Part shown: piece after piece, positions 9,451-21,542 of the stretch
How positions within the stretch are numbered: the stretch's first letter is position 1
Layout: each line of letters starts with the position of its first letter
Assembly (NCBI GenBank): GCA_964446735.1
Contig: CAYUQB010000001.1
Span: 111,270-175,269 of the forward strand
From: an uncultured Candidatus Saccharibacteria bacterium
GTDB taxonomy: Bacteria; Patescibacteriota; Minisyncoccia; Phycocordibacterales; Phycocordibacteraceae
Direction of reading: 5' to 3'
Length of the DNA: 64,000 bases
Notes under the pieces: model-generated
The model's input: the letters and a program-made list of their open reading frames with translations, nothing else
Database searches by the model: none
What the model was told of the DNA's origin: nothing
Translations under genes and position numbers: made by a program

Positions 9451-10557
9451 CTAGCTATGGAGAAACACCATTACATCTCCATCCTTGGTCTCGTATGTCT
9501 TCCCTTCGGTCCGAATATCCCCTTTATCGCGTGCCGCGCTCCAGGAACCATCTGCGAGCAGCGTATCCCACTGAATGACTTCCGCACGGATGAACTTGTC
9601 TCGAAAGTCCTCGTGAATAGCTGCACCCGCGTCAGGAGCAAGTGCACCCGCTCGTACCGTCCACGCCCGACTCTCTTTGGGCCCGGTGGTAAAGAAGGTG
9701 ATGAGGCCGAGCGTCTCGTACGCGCCACGAATAAGATCCCGAATACCGTCATCTGTGACACCGAGCTCAGAGCGGAACATATCTTTATCCTCGTCTGAAA
9801 CATCATTAAGTTCATGCTCGGTACGTGCGTCAATGAGCACGTAGCGTGCCCCAAGCGACTCTACGTAGTCATATGCTTTCTGCGCACGACCATCATTCAT
9901 TTCAGCGAGATTACGCCCTCCAGACTTACCGTTGAATGCGTAAAGAATGGGTTTCAGGGTAAGGAGATTCAGCGATTTAATGAGTTTCGTCTCGTCTCCT
10001 CCCAGCCCAGCAACCATCGCAAGCTTCCCGTCTTTGAGTACCGCTTCAACCTTTGTAAGCACCGCATCTTCTTCCAATGCCTCCTTCTTATTCATCTTCA
10101 CATCCCGGACAAGCTTTTCCTTGCGGCGTGTGACGCTCTCTTGATCAGCAAGGATGAGCTCAAGATTGATGATTTCGATGTCCCGAACCGGGTCGACGTC
10201 TCCGTGCACATGCGTGATATCAGGGTCGTCAAAGAAGCGCACAAGCTCGAGAATGGCATCGGTCTCACGGATATTGGAAAGGAATTGATTTCCCAGTCCT
10301 TCCCCCTCTGAAGCACCCCGTACGAGTCCTGCAATATCAACAAATTCTATCGCTGCAGGCACGATCTTCTCGGACTTTGAGAGTGCTGCCAGCTGCGTAA
10401 GCCGTTCATCAGGCACCGCAACAACTCCCACCGACGGATCAATGGTTGCAAAGGGGTAGTTAGCAATGAGCGCATTCGCCTTGGTGAGCGCATTAAAAAG
10501 GGTTGACTTCCCGACGTTGGGAAGCCCGACGATGCCGATCTTGAGCATTAGGTACAC
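9451..10557 (-). CDS. ychF: ribosome-binding ATPase YchF (Obg-family GTPase)
   Basis: G1 motif GIVGLPNVGKSTLFNALT, the YchF-specific NxxE and a TGS C-terminal domain. Confidence 0.85.
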   Translation of the reverse strand: MYLMLKIGIVGLPNVGKSTLFNALTKANALIANYPFATIDPSVGVVAVPDERLTQLAALSKSEKIVPAAIEFVDIAGLVRGASEGEGLGNQFLSNIRETDAILELVRFFDDPDITHVHGDVDPVRDIEIINLELILADQESVTRRKEKLVRDVKMNKKEALEEDAVLTKVEAVLKDGKLAMVAGLGGDETKLIKSLNLLTLKPILYAFNGKSGGRNLAEMNDGRAQKAYDYVESLGARYVLIDARTEHELNDVSDEDKDMFRSELGVTDDGIRDLIRGAYETLGLITFFTTGPKESRAWTVRAGALAPDAGAAIHEDFRDKFIRAEVIQWDTLLADGSWSAARDKGDIRTEGKTYETKDGDVMVFLHS

Positions 10558-10569
10558 CTTACTGACTAC

Positions 10570-10677
10570 CCGGGAAAAAAGGAAGGACCGTCGTGCGGTC
10601 CCTGGGTGTTGAGGCGGCCATGATCAGGGATGTCTCCCCTGATCTTCGCTGGGTGGGGCTCCGTAGACCGCCTCAAC
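10570..10677 (-). terminator. compound terminator / structured intergenic element
   Basis: GGACCGtcgtgCGGTCC hairpin followed on the minus strand by a U-tract (plus-strand cgggaaaaaagga). Upstream of it are nested inverted repeats GTTGAGGCGG...CCGCCTCAAC enclosing GATCAGGG...CCCTGATC. Confidence 0.45.
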
Positions 10678-10692
10678 AAACACACTAAACAC

Positions 10693-11268
10693 CTAGACTC
10701 CGCGTTTCGCAAGCGCCGCTATTCTTCTGAGCCATGCATTCTTCTGACGATCAGAGAGACGTTCGGAGTTCCCAACATCGGTCATGCGCACTTTGTAGCC
10801 AGCAAACCCCAAAGTAGCGTGTCGTATTTCGTTCGTGAAGTCCCCGAACATAAAACGAATTGCGAGCGGGTGGAGTTTGGAAAGGGCAATAACGCGTGCG
10901 GTCTTTCCCGTCATGAGCTTGTCCCAGCCCATGCCATTTTTCCAAAAGTGGAAACAAAACCCTGGGAGCCACATACGATCGAACATGCCCTTGAGAAGCG
11001 CCGGTGTTGCGCTCCACCACAGTGGGTATACCAGGACAAAATGATCTGCCCATTTCAAATTCTCTTGGACTTTCTTTAGGTCGGGTTCAAGTTCCTGAAT
11101 CGCTCGATACCCTTTATGAAGAATGGGATCAAACTGCAAGTCTCCAATGTTATCCCGTCGTACTTCGTGCCCCGCCTCGCGTGCGGCCGCCTCATACGTA
11201 TTCGCGAGTTTATTCGTAAATGTCCCCTCCTTATCGGGATTCCCCATCAGTACGTAAATCTTCTTCAT
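10693..11268 (-). CDS. flavodoxin-like NAD(P)H:quinone oxidoreductase family protein
   Basis: N-terminal MKKIYVLMGNPDKEGTF... is flavodoxin-like, with an NQO1/MdaB-like architecture. Confidence 0.6.
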   Translation of the reverse strand: MKKIYVLMGNPDKEGTFTNKLANTYEAAAREAGHEVRRDNIGDLQFDPILHKGYRAIQELEPDLKKVQENLKWADHFVLVYPLWWSATPALLKGMFDRMWLPGFCFHFWKNGMGWDKLMTGKTARVIALSKLHPLAIRFMFGDFTNEIRHATLGFAGYKVRMTDVGNSERLSDRQKNAWLRRIAALAKRGV

Positions 11269-11275
11269 GTCGGAA

Positions 11276-11509
11276 TTATTTCTGCATCAAGGCAGCGAGC
11301 TCGGTGCGGTACTTCTTCATGACCTCCATCGTTGCCTTCATTTGTGGCTCGCCACCCTTCTTTACGCGACGATCAACCTCCTCACCAATCTTCTTGAAAA
11401 GCTCTGGGTCCTTGGTAACCAGCTGCATAATCTGATCACGCTGTGCCGCCGGCACATCCTTCATTTTTGCCTTTAGCATCTGGCGAATGAAAAAGTCTTG
11501 GACACCCAT
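11276..11509 (-). CDS. hypothetical small protein (about 77 aa)
   Basis: Start refined to MGVQDFF. The longer track ORF would overlap the NYN gene. Confidence 0.4.
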   Translation of the reverse strand: MGVQDFFIRQMLKAKMKDVPAAQRDQIMQLVTKDPELFKKIGEEVDRRVKKGGEPQMKATMEVMKKYRTELAALMQK

Positions 11510-11573
11510 AGTGTCGAGAGTATACCAAAAACAGCGCAGTCTTTCGACCGCGCTGCCCTCTTTGAGTAGGTGA

Positions 11574-12197
11574 TTACTCGGCCGCGAGGTTAGGCGTTGC
11601 CGAAGTGTCAATTTGTACCCCAGGAATCTCGTCCAGATAGCGAATGCGATCCTCGCCGACGAACTCGCGCAGCTGGCCACTTAGATGATCACGCCATGCG
11701 TATACAATAACTCGTTGCAGCATATGGTCGCCGTACGCTTTCTCCAAGTTCCTGAACGACCGGAGGTAGCCTCCGTCGCCGGAGACCAGGACGTATTTCA
11801 TCTTGAACGGGTAGAAGGTCTCCTCATGCGCCATGAACTCGTACAGGTGGTAGAGCGTTGTCGCCATCCACATGTCGTTCATGATCCACGAGTCTACATC
11901 CTTGCCGTCACGGCGCGTGGCTTCGACTGTGCAGGTACGCGTGTGTTGCTTCCGACGGCGATAGAGCGCCTCATCGAGCCAGCGGCTCGGAGCTTCCCCT
12001 TCGCTTCGGTTGCGCGCGTACGCCCCTGCGTGAATGAGCTTGGTCTGCTGCAAGTCACGCTCGGCGATATATGCCGTAAGCACCCGCCAGTTGATGCGGG
12101 TCTTTCGAACACTTCCATGGAGCACATTGGGTACATCGATGAACAGCGCACTCCCCGGAAGAGAGGCACTGCCAGGTTGCAGGGCAGGAATGCCCAT
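11574..12197 (-). CDS. NYN/LabA-like domain protein
   Basis: LFIDVPNV... segment resembles the NYN nuclease-fold N-terminal motif. Confidence 0.55.
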   Translation of the reverse strand: MGIPALQPGSASLPGSALFIDVPNVLHGSVRKTRINWRVLTAYIAERDLQQTKLIHAGAYARNRSEGEAPSRWLDEALYRRRKQHTRTCTVEATRRDGKDVDSWIMNDMWMATTLYHLYEFMAHEETFYPFKMKYVLVSGDGGYLRSFRNLEKAYGDHMLQRVIVYAWRDHLSGQLREFVGEDRIRYLDEIPGVQIDTSATPNLAAE

Positions 12198-12257
12198 GGC
12201 CGCCTCCTCTCTATCGTGCGGTGCCTAGGAATATCTTTAGCACGCCACCCCGGTAGT

Positions 12258-12502
12258 TCAAAGGAGGACGGTCGCTTGATTGCTCGACACCTCGGCTATC
12301 CCTTTCTCGATAGAAAAAGTCTCCTTCTTTCCCTCCGCGGTTTCGACAACTGCCTCACCCGCTTTTAGTGGGGTCACGAAGGCCTCGTGTCCCGCAAGCA
12401 CCGTAAAAACACCGCCTTCACCAGGAAGAGTTACTGCGAGTGCTTCTCCGTCAAAGAGGTTCTCGCCGACCTTCGCAATAGTGAGATGGAATGTTCGAGC
12501 CA

Positions 12503-12503
<1 letters not shown>
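12258..12503 (-). CDS. atpC: F1 ATP synthase epsilon subunit (short form)
   Basis: 81 aa beta-sandwich-like sequence directly downstream of atpD, with a 1-nt overlap. Confidence 0.75.
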
Positions 12504-14813
<2,310 letters not shown>

Positions 14814-14815
14814 AG

Positions 14816-15340
14816 CTATGGATCAATGTGAATGAGTGCCATACGAAGTGCCTCCATCGTGTAGGTCTTACGATTTACTCGCCCCTTCGTAACAATGCTC
14901 ACCACGCCTTCTGCCTTTCCAATCTCAAGACTTTCAGTCATACCGGATGCATGTGCTGCTCCATTCAGGTCCATGCCCTCATCCACCACTTTGCGCATTA
15001 CTTCTGGATCAGGAAACTCCCAGGCTGAGGTTAGACCGAGATGAAATTCCGCTCCGTCATAGATGGCACATGCGGTGAGTTCCATATACCCACTTTTGGT
15101 ATGGGGCACGGGCATAATTCCTGACTCAAGTCCGATTGAATACTCACAGTCGGCATATGCTGCTCGTGCGCGGTTCATTGCTCCCGTGATGGATTCATCG
15201 AGTGATTTCGGCTGCTCTGAAACACCGGACGGTACTTCGACGCCAACCACTTCCGCATCTTTCAAATGCGAATAATCCTGAAGCATGTCTCGCACTGCTT
15301 CTATCTTTACTGGGTTCTTTGAGCCGACCGCGATCTTCAT
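14816..15340 (-). CDS. yjjX: inosine/xanthosine triphosphatase YjjX-like (non-canonical NTP pyrophosphatase) inside the atp operon
   Basis: MKIAVGSKNPVKI..., VPSGVSEQP and ...NRA... motifs parallel E. coli YjjX. Confidence 0.7.
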   Translation of the reverse strand: MKIAVGSKNPVKIEAVRDMLQDYSHLKDAEVVGVEVPSGVSEQPKSLDESITGAMNRARAAYADCEYSIGLESGIMPVPHTKSGYMELTACAIYDGAEFHLGLTSAWEFPDPEVMRKVVDEGMDLNGAAHASGMTESLEIGKAEGVVSIVTKGRVNRKTYTMEALRMALIHIDP

Positions 15341-15342
15341 GG

Positions 15343-16890
15343 TTATGCCGTGCGCTCGACGAATTGGTCGAGTTTTGCACGTAGATCTTTCTCGATGGTT
15401 TCGTTGATCTCGCGAGTAGTGCGGATTGCAGCAAGTACGTCATTCGCTTCACGAGAAAGGAATTCCTGAAGGCGTTCCTCTGCATCGCTGGTCTTCTCTG
15501 GCGCGAATCCATCGAAGTATCCGTTCACTGCCGCGAAAATGACCGCAGCTTCCATCTCAAACGGAAGGGGCTTACCGTTTGGCTGCTTGAGCACTTCGGT
15601 CATGCGACGTCCTGAATCAATCTGCTTCTTGGTGCCCTCATCAAGATCAGAGGCGAACTGCATAAACGCTTCCAGTTCGCGGAACTGAGCAAGCTCGAGC
15701 TTGATCTTGCTTGCCACTTTCTTCATGGCCTTGGTCTGCGCGGATGAACCCACGCGCGACACCGAGTTACCGACATCAATAGCGGGACGCATGCCCTGGT
15801 TAAAGAGGTTTGCGAGCACGAAGATTTGGCCATCGGTGATGGAGATCACGTTGGTTGGAATGTAGGTCGAGATGTCTCCCTCCTGCGTTTCAATGATGGG
15901 AAGCGCGGTGAGGCTTCCACCACCCTTCTCCTTAGAAAGCTTCGCAGCGCGCTCCAAGAGGCGTGAGTGGAGATAGAAGATGTCGCCCGGATACGCTTCA
16001 CGACCAGGTGGGCGGCGCAGAAGCAGGGACATCTGGCGATAGGCGACCGCCTGCTTCGAAAGGTCGTCATAGATGACCAACGCATCTTTACCCTGCTCCA
16101 TGAAGTATTCGCCGATTGCAGCGCCTGCAAATGGGGCGAGGAACTGGAACGCAGCAGGAGAGGACGCAGGTGCGGTCACGACAATGGTGTAGTCCATCGC
16201 TCCCTTATCAGCCAACTCCGCAACGAGCTTGGCGGTCTTCGACTCCTTCTGACCGATGGCAACATACACGCAGATCGGCCGAGTCGCTTCGGGCTCAGAC
16301 TTCTGGTTGATGATGGTATCGATCGCAATGGTCGTCTTACCTGTACCACGGTCTCCAATGATGAGTTCGCGCTGACCACGCCCAATGGGCACCATGGCGT
16401 CGATTGCCTTAATACCGGTATGGAGTGGCGTGTTCACCGGAGAGCGGTCCATAACACCATATGCTTCAGACTCGATCGGGCGCTGGATGGTGGCGCCGGT
16501 TGGTCCCTTGCCGTCAACCGCTTCTCCAAGTGGGTTCACGACACGACCAATGAGTGAGTCACCTACCGGGATGGAAAGGAGGCGACCCACACGGCGTACG
16601 AGCATACCCTCATATACCCGAGATGTATCGCCGAGAATAACGGTACGTACACCGTCCTCTTCGAGGTTGAGCACGAGCCCATACACAGGGTCAGCATCTT
16701 TGAGCGCTGCTTCGAGGGTGCGATCGAAGGTTGGATCGAAGAGCACCATCTCATTCATGATGGCGCCTCCGAGACCGTCGATCTCTGCGATACCGTCGCC
16801 GGCGGCACGCACAATGCCCGTCTCCTCCGCAACCTCCTTGGGTGCGAAGCCTGCGATCTCACTCTCGATACGCTTGATAATACTCTCCAT
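15343..16890 (-). CDS. atpA: F1 ATP synthase alpha subunit
   Basis: Walker A GDRGTGKT, 515 aa, canonical alpha. Confidence 0.95.
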   Translation of the reverse strand: MESIIKRIESEIAGFAPKEVAEETGIVRAAGDGIAEIDGLGGAIMNEMVLFDPTFDRTLEAALKDADPVYGLVLNLEEDGVRTVILGDTSRVYEGMLVRRVGRLLSIPVGDSLIGRVVNPLGEAVDGKGPTGATIQRPIESEAYGVMDRSPVNTPLHTGIKAIDAMVPIGRGQRELIIGDRGTGKTTIAIDTIINQKSEPEATRPICVYVAIGQKESKTAKLVAELADKGAMDYTIVVTAPASSPAAFQFLAPFAGAAIGEYFMEQGKDALVIYDDLSKQAVAYRQMSLLLRRPPGREAYPGDIFYLHSRLLERAAKLSKEKGGGSLTALPIIETQEGDISTYIPTNVISITDGQIFVLANLFNQGMRPAIDVGNSVSRVGSSAQTKAMKKVASKIKLELAQFRELEAFMQFASDLDEGTKKQIDSGRRMTEVLKQPNGKPLPFEMEAAVIFAAVNGYFDGFAPEKTSDAEERLQEFLSREANDVLAAIRTTREINETIEKDLRAKLDQFVERTA

Positions 16891-16914
16891 GATGGGTAGT
16901 TATCTAAATAATGA

Positions 16915-17280
16915 TTAGTTCGTCACTTTGCGATACAGATCGATAAGGCCACGCTTAGCACTGAGATCGACAAGCATTCCGCCCGAACGAGCTCGCCACC
17001 CTTTAATGAGTGAGTGGTTCACGTGTGCCTTCGCGGCTTCGATACCATGCTTTTTTGCCTCACTGAGTGCATGGTGCGCTTCTTTCTCACTTGCGACTTC
17101 GACAACTGAAGCCAGGTGTCCCTTACGCGCCTCAAGAACCTTCAGTTCCCGAAGAATGCGAGGAAGCAGCTTCATGCGACCAGTCTCTTTGAGATGCGCG
17201 GTAAGGTCCTTCACGACATTCTTTTCCTCACCGCCTTTGGCGAGGAGATTTTCTATAGCCTGTGCGTAGACCTTTTCCAT
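16915..17280 (-). CDS. atpH: ATP synthase delta subunit (OSCP), short 121 aa form
   Basis: Start refined to MEKVYAQAIENLL... (cat at 17278-17280), 5 nt from the atpF stop. The 230 aa track ORF overlaps atpF in another frame. Confidence 0.7.
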   Translation of the reverse strand: MEKVYAQAIENLLAKGGEEKNVVKDLTAHLKETGRMKLLPRILRELKVLEARKGHLASVVEVASEKEAHHALSEAKKHGIEAAKAHVNHSLIKGWRARSGGMLVDLSAKRGLIDLYRKVTN

Positions 17281-17284
17281 GCGG

Positions 17285-17728
17285 TTATTTCTCTCGAACC
17301 ACTTTCTCTGCGGCAAGCACCGCAAGGCGGGCGATCTCCTTTTCACTCTCACGAAGCGTACGTGCTGCATCTTCCTTGGCACGTGCTTCTGCGTCCTTTT
17401 CGATTGATGCTGCGCGTGCTTCTGCATCGCGTACGATGCGCGTGCGCTCGCTCGTAGCGGTTTCGCGTGCGGTACCCACAATGGTTTCCGCTTCGGTCTC
17501 TGCCGTATGGAGTACCTCTGCTGCCTCATGATCAGCGGACGCAAGCTTCTCTTCAGCGAGCTTCGCATCTTCAACACCTTTGGCGACCACACGACGCCGC
17601 TCATCAAGTGTTTTCATCACCGGCTTATACAGCAGGTACGTAAGTGCCACGAACAAGATGCCGAAGTTAACCGCCTGCGCGAGCAGGAGCTTCCAGTCGA
17701 TGCCGAATGCTGCGAAGAGTGATTCCAT
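17285..17728 (-). CDS. atpF: Fo ATP synthase subunit b
   Basis: N-terminal TM helix followed by a long Ala/Glu/Lys-rich coiled-coil. Confidence 0.75.
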   Translation of the reverse strand: MESLFAAFGIDWKLLLAQAVNFGILFVALTYLLYKPVMKTLDERRRVVAKGVEDAKLAEEKLASADHEAAEVLHTAETEAETIVGTARETATSERTRIVRDAEARAASIEKDAEARAKEDAARTLRESEKEIARLAVLAAEKVVREK

Positions 17729-17747
17729 ATGGCTCGACTACGCGCGA

Positions 17748-17987
<240 letters not shown>

Positions 17988-18042
17988 TTAATTCAATAAA
18001 TTCGGTTCCATCCCGGAGCCGCATGCAGACACTAGCGAGACG

Positions 18043-18870
18043 CTAATGTTCGGCGTGCGGTTCCGCGATCGCAAGCTTAATGAAGAACAGGGTGAGCATC
18101 GAGAACACCACTGCTTGAATAAAGCCAACGAACACCTCAAATGCCATGAGTGGCACCGGCAAGAGGTACGGCAAGAAGAACGCCGCGACCAAGATCATGA
18201 CTTCGCCAGCAAAGATGTTTCCGAAGAGACGGAAGGAGAACGAGATGAGCCGTCCCAGATTCGATACGAGCTCGATGATGCCGACGGCGAAATTGACCGG
18301 TGAACTAAAGTTAACAAATTTACCGCCGTACTTCAAAAGTCCGAGGGTAAGGACGCCAGTGAGCTCAATGGTGAGGAATGAGATGATGGCGAGTGCAAGC
18401 GTCATATTAAGGTCTGCTGCAGGAGCACGTAGGAGGGGACTGAACCCTTCATGCGTGTTGATTCCTATGGACCCAACGCCCGGCAGGAACGCGAGTTCAT
18501 TGGCAACGAATACAAATAGGAAAATGGTTGCAATAAGAGGGAAGAACCGACGTGCCAATTCCCTGCTTTCAAGCGTTTCTTCCATGTAGTTCAAAACTGC
18601 TTCGAATGCCCATTCGACTCCCGCCTGGAACTTACCCGGAATGAGAGCGAGCTTTCGAGAGAAGAGGACGGCAAAAATAATAAGGATCGCAACAACGATC
18701 CAGGCCATCAGGAGTGAGTTGGTGATCGGAAAACCGAGGACGTGGCCGAGGGTTTCTGCCTTGAGCACGACATGGATGGCACTCGCGTGCTCAGCAGTAG
18801 TCGCTGCAGCTTCAGTTGCGGTAGCGACCGCAGTCGTCGTAGCACCCACAAACTCTATGTGTGGCTCCAT
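18043..18870 (-). CDS. atpB: Fo ATP synthase subunit a
   Basis: 275 aa polytopic protein with the conserved Arg in the penultimate helix (...LSFSFRLFGNIFAGE...). Confidence 0.85.
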   Translation of the reverse strand: MEPHIEFVGATTTAVATATEAAATTAEHASAIHVVLKAETLGHVLGFPITNSLLMAWIVVAILIIFAVLFSRKLALIPGKFQAGVEWAFEAVLNYMEETLESRELARRFFPLIATIFLFVFVANELAFLPGVGSIGINTHEGFSPLLRAPAADLNMTLALAIISFLTIELTGVLTLGLLKYGGKFVNFSSPVNFAVGIIELVSNLGRLISFSFRLFGNIFAGEVMILVAAFFLPYLLPVPLMAFEVFVGFIQAVVFSMLTLFFIKLAIAEPHAEH

Positions 18871-18997
18871 ACGAAAAAGAGACCCCGCTGGGCCAGTACC
18901 CCTGTCATATAAGCCAGTCTAGCAAACGGCCTTTCAAATACAAAGGATAGTGTGGTAGGGTCCCAGGCAGGAAGCTATTTCCGGGGAGAGGGCCACC

Positions 18998-19516
18998 ATG
19001 ACTCCAAGATCATCGAGCCTCAAGAAGGGGCCGCTGCGCTGCGACGCAGCAACATCAATGCTGGGTGCGACAGCGCAACGCCTTCGTACGAGCTGCCAAG
19101 GGGTGTTCGAGGCCGCGTACAAAGGGCTCGACGGCCCGTACGCTCGCGCTGCCTTCGCCAAGTATATCGAAGGTGGATGCGGTGAACTGCCAGAAACGGT
19201 TGCGCGTTTCTGCAGGAATCCGGACCCGAATCGCGTGACGGCCGGGCGTACCTGCATTAAGTGCATGCTGGAGAACAAGGAGGCGCGGGACGCGGTGCTG
19301 GGACTGTATAGTGCGCATTTCGGTCCGGATGCGGCTGACTCGCAACAAACTCCGCTTGAGCGTTTTCTGGGGTGGCCGCACACGCAGCGGCAACCGCATG
19401 CGCCTCACACTCCGATGGTGCTGCCTCTTCAAGAGGCACCGCCGCCCTGTCAGGCAACCAAGGACGAGATCCGGGCGTGGTTGCTTGAGCGTCCCCTGAG
19501 GGCGCGAAGAAGTTAA
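18998..19516 (+). CDS. hypothetical Cys-containing protein in a GC-rich islet
   Basis: More protein-like than the overlapping Arg-rich minus-strand ORFs. Very high GC, no recognisable family. Confidence 0.25.
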   Translation: MTPRSSSLKKGPLRCDAATSMLGATAQRLRTSCQGVFEAAYKGLDGPYARAAFAKYIEGGCGELPETVARFCRNPDPNRVTAGRTCIKCMLENKEARDAVLGLYSAHFGPDAADSQQTPLERFLGWPHTQRQPHAPHTPMVLPLQEAPPPCQATKDEIRAWLLERPLRARRS

Positions 19517-19563
19517 GTACACATTGGCCGGGAGCGCTTGCGCTTCCGGTCATGTCGTTTATG

Positions 19564-19634
19564 TGGACCTACGGGGAGTCGAACCCCGACTTCATCCATG
19601 CCATGGATGCGTGATACCGCTTCACTATAGGCCC
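19564..19634 (-). tRNA. tRNA-Ala (anticodon GGC)
   Basis: Manual fold: acceptor GGGCCTA with G3:U70, anticodon loop AUGGCAU, T-loop TTCGACT, A73. Confidence 0.85.
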
Positions 19635-19647
19635 AATATTTTTGATA

Positions 19648-20202
19648 CTACTTCCCCTTCTTCAGCGCTTCAAGATCACGCAGGAGGCGCTGCACATCTT
19701 TGGTGAGTGCTTCGAGAAGCTCCTGTTCATCGTGCACCTTTTTCTCACGACGTTCACGGCGCTCTTTCTTTTCTTTCTCGTCTTTTGCCTCCTTGGCAAC
19801 TTTGGCATCCGCAACCTCCTCCTCGGTCATTTCATCAACATCCTCCTGAATCTCATCGATGTCTTCTGCGATCTCTTCAATGTCCTCCTGAATATCCTCC
19901 ACATCCTCTCCGAGCTCTTCGACATCTTCCTGAATCTCATCGATGTCTTCCTCGACTTCGCGAAGTGACTCAGTGTTCCGGTTCACGGCGATCTGAATGA
20001 AAATGGCCATGTAGATAGCCTCAAGGGAGACAATGGTGGTAAGCACGAGTAGCATGGTTTCCCATGCCACGATCCCAAAGACAGCAAGGAGAAAGGCCCC
20101 CGCAAAAAGTGCGGTGTGCAAAAGCAGTGACGCTATCGATCCAATGGACACGATAGCGGCTTCGATGAATGGGGTTTTCGGGCGTTCCTTCATCACTCGC
20201 AC
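19648..20202 (-). CDS. membrane protein with acidic tandem-repeat tail (DUF1003-like?)
   Basis: Two TM helices, then an E/D-rich heptad-like repeat and a Lys/Glu-rich C-terminal end. Confidence 0.55.
   Translation of the reverse strand: MRVMKERPKTPFIEAAIVSIGSIASLLLHTALFAGAFLLAVFGIVAWETMLLVLTTIVSLEAIYMAIFIQIAVNRNTESLREVEEDIDEIQEDVEELGEDVEDIQEDIEEIAEDIDEIQEDVDEMTEEEVADAKVAKEAKDEKEKKERRERREKKVHDEQELLEALTKDVQRLLRDLEALKKGK
19837..19959. repeat. approx. 21-nt tandem repeat (about 6 units) encoding acidic heptads
   Basis: gatgtcttctgcgatctcttc / aatgtcctcctgaatatcctc / ... units visible in the sequence. Confidence 0.7.
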
Positions 20203-20210
20203 CCTAGCTC

Positions 20211-21362
20211 GTGGATGGGGGTTTGTCTATGAACGAATGCGGTACTACGTGGATAGTCTCGTTTCCATTCATACGAAAACTCGGTACTATCAATCATATG
20301 CCGGGCCCCACCAATCGGACCCTTATCCCTCGCACGCTCGGACCGTATAACCGTAAGCCGGGATCTCCGCTTCGTCGTGCAATTAAAACGGTAACTCCCG
20401 TTGTTGCTTCGACGTTGGTGCTCGCCATCGCACTCTTCTCACTCCCCTCCGTACTTTCCATCGACCTTAAGGCGGATCGTGTTGCCACTCCCAAGCCTCC
20501 GTTCCCGGTGTCGGTCGATCCGTCTCGTAAGCTTATCGTCGAGAATCCGCAGGCCGACGTGCTCATTGAAAACGGCTCCACTAATGCCGCGCTACAGGCG
20601 GCCGCATCAAATGCGGAGTTCTTCTTTGCGTGGCTCGCAACGAAAGTGGCCTCACTTCCCGCCTATCGTCAGCTTGCCGGTGTGGACCTCGCCTACGTTT
20701 CTATTCAACCGGGATACCGCCAAGAAGAAGTGGCACAAGCCTTTGGAACCGCGCTCGGATGGAGCACCAAGGAGCGCCAGGCGTTCTTAACTCTCGTAAA
20801 GTCTTCTCCTCCGACGCTTTCAGAAGGTGAGTTCGTTCCCGGTATCTATGAAGTACACGGCGCGATGAAGGCAGCTGAAGTGCAGCATCTGTTGAACGAT
20901 CGGTTCACGACCGAGATCATGAATCGTTACAGCACCACCACTGCCGAGCAGGTGCCGCTCGATGATGCACTCACCATTGCATCCCTGATTGAACGCGAGA
21001 CCGGAGGCACCGATGATATGCGGCTCATTTCCGGCATTATCTGGAATCGCCTGTTCGTTGGTATGAATCTACAAATCGATGCCACGCTCCAATATGCAAA
21101 GGCACAGAACACTAAGAGCTGGTGGCCACCGGTACGACCTGCAGATAAATACATCAAGTCGGCCTACAACACGTACGCGCATCCTGGACTTCCGCCAACT
21201 CCTATCGCAAATCCATCAGTCGCAGCAGTTATCGCCGCACTGAATCCAAAACCAACCGACTGTATCTTCTACTTCCACGATAGGTACGGAAATTTCCACT
21301 GTGCACCGACGTACGAAGAACACGTACGCCTTCTTAAGAAATACTACGGGCAAGGGAAGTGA
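20211..21362 (+). CDS. MltG/YceG family protein (second paralog)
   Basis: C-terminal ...NLQIDATLQYA...YNTYAHPGLPPTPIANP... parallels the 1479-2489 paralog. Confidence 0.75.
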   Translation: MDGGLSMNECGTTWIVSFPFIRKLGTINHMPGPTNRTLIPRTLGPYNRKPGSPLRRAIKTVTPVVASTLVLAIALFSLPSVLSIDLKADRVATPKPPFPVSVDPSRKLIVENPQADVLIENGSTNAALQAAASNAEFFFAWLATKVASLPAYRQLAGVDLAYVSIQPGYRQEEVAQAFGTALGWSTKERQAFLTLVKSSPPTLSEGEFVPGIYEVHGAMKAAEVQHLLNDRFTTEIMNRYSTTTAEQVPLDDALTIASLIERETGGTDDMRLISGIIWNRLFVGMNLQIDATLQYAKAQNTKSWWPPVRPADKYIKSAYNTYAHPGLPPTPIANPSVAAVIAALNPKPTDCIFYFHDRYGNFHCAPTYEEHVRLLKKYYGQGK

Positions 21363-21492
21363 GGGCCGTCCCGTAGGACGACCCTCTTCGTTGGCTCACC
21401 GCCAACGTCCCCAACGGAAGGGAGAAACCACTGGCTTTAGTATCGTCCCGCACTCTACATCACGCACGTACACGCGGTGGATAAATGCAAAA

Positions 21493-21526
21493 GACCCCGC
21501 CCTTGCGAGCGGGGTCCCTTTTTGTT
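21493..21526. terminator. Rho-independent terminator (GACCCCGC-loop-GCGGGGTC + T-tract)
   Basis: Perfect 8-bp GC stem followed by CCTTTTTGTTGTT. Confidence 0.6.
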
Positions 21527-21542
21527 GTTGGGTGGGTGTTGG

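Noticed and set aside
16915-17607. 230-aa version of the atpH ORF with an Arg/Lys-rich N-terminal 109 aa
   Set aside because: The extension overlaps atpF (17285-17728) in a different frame. An internal start at 17280 gives a delta subunit abutting atpF.
19837-19959. Possible CRISPR-like periodicity
   Set aside because: The repeats are 21-nt in-frame coding repeats within a gene. There are no spacers, no longer direct repeats and no cas genes.
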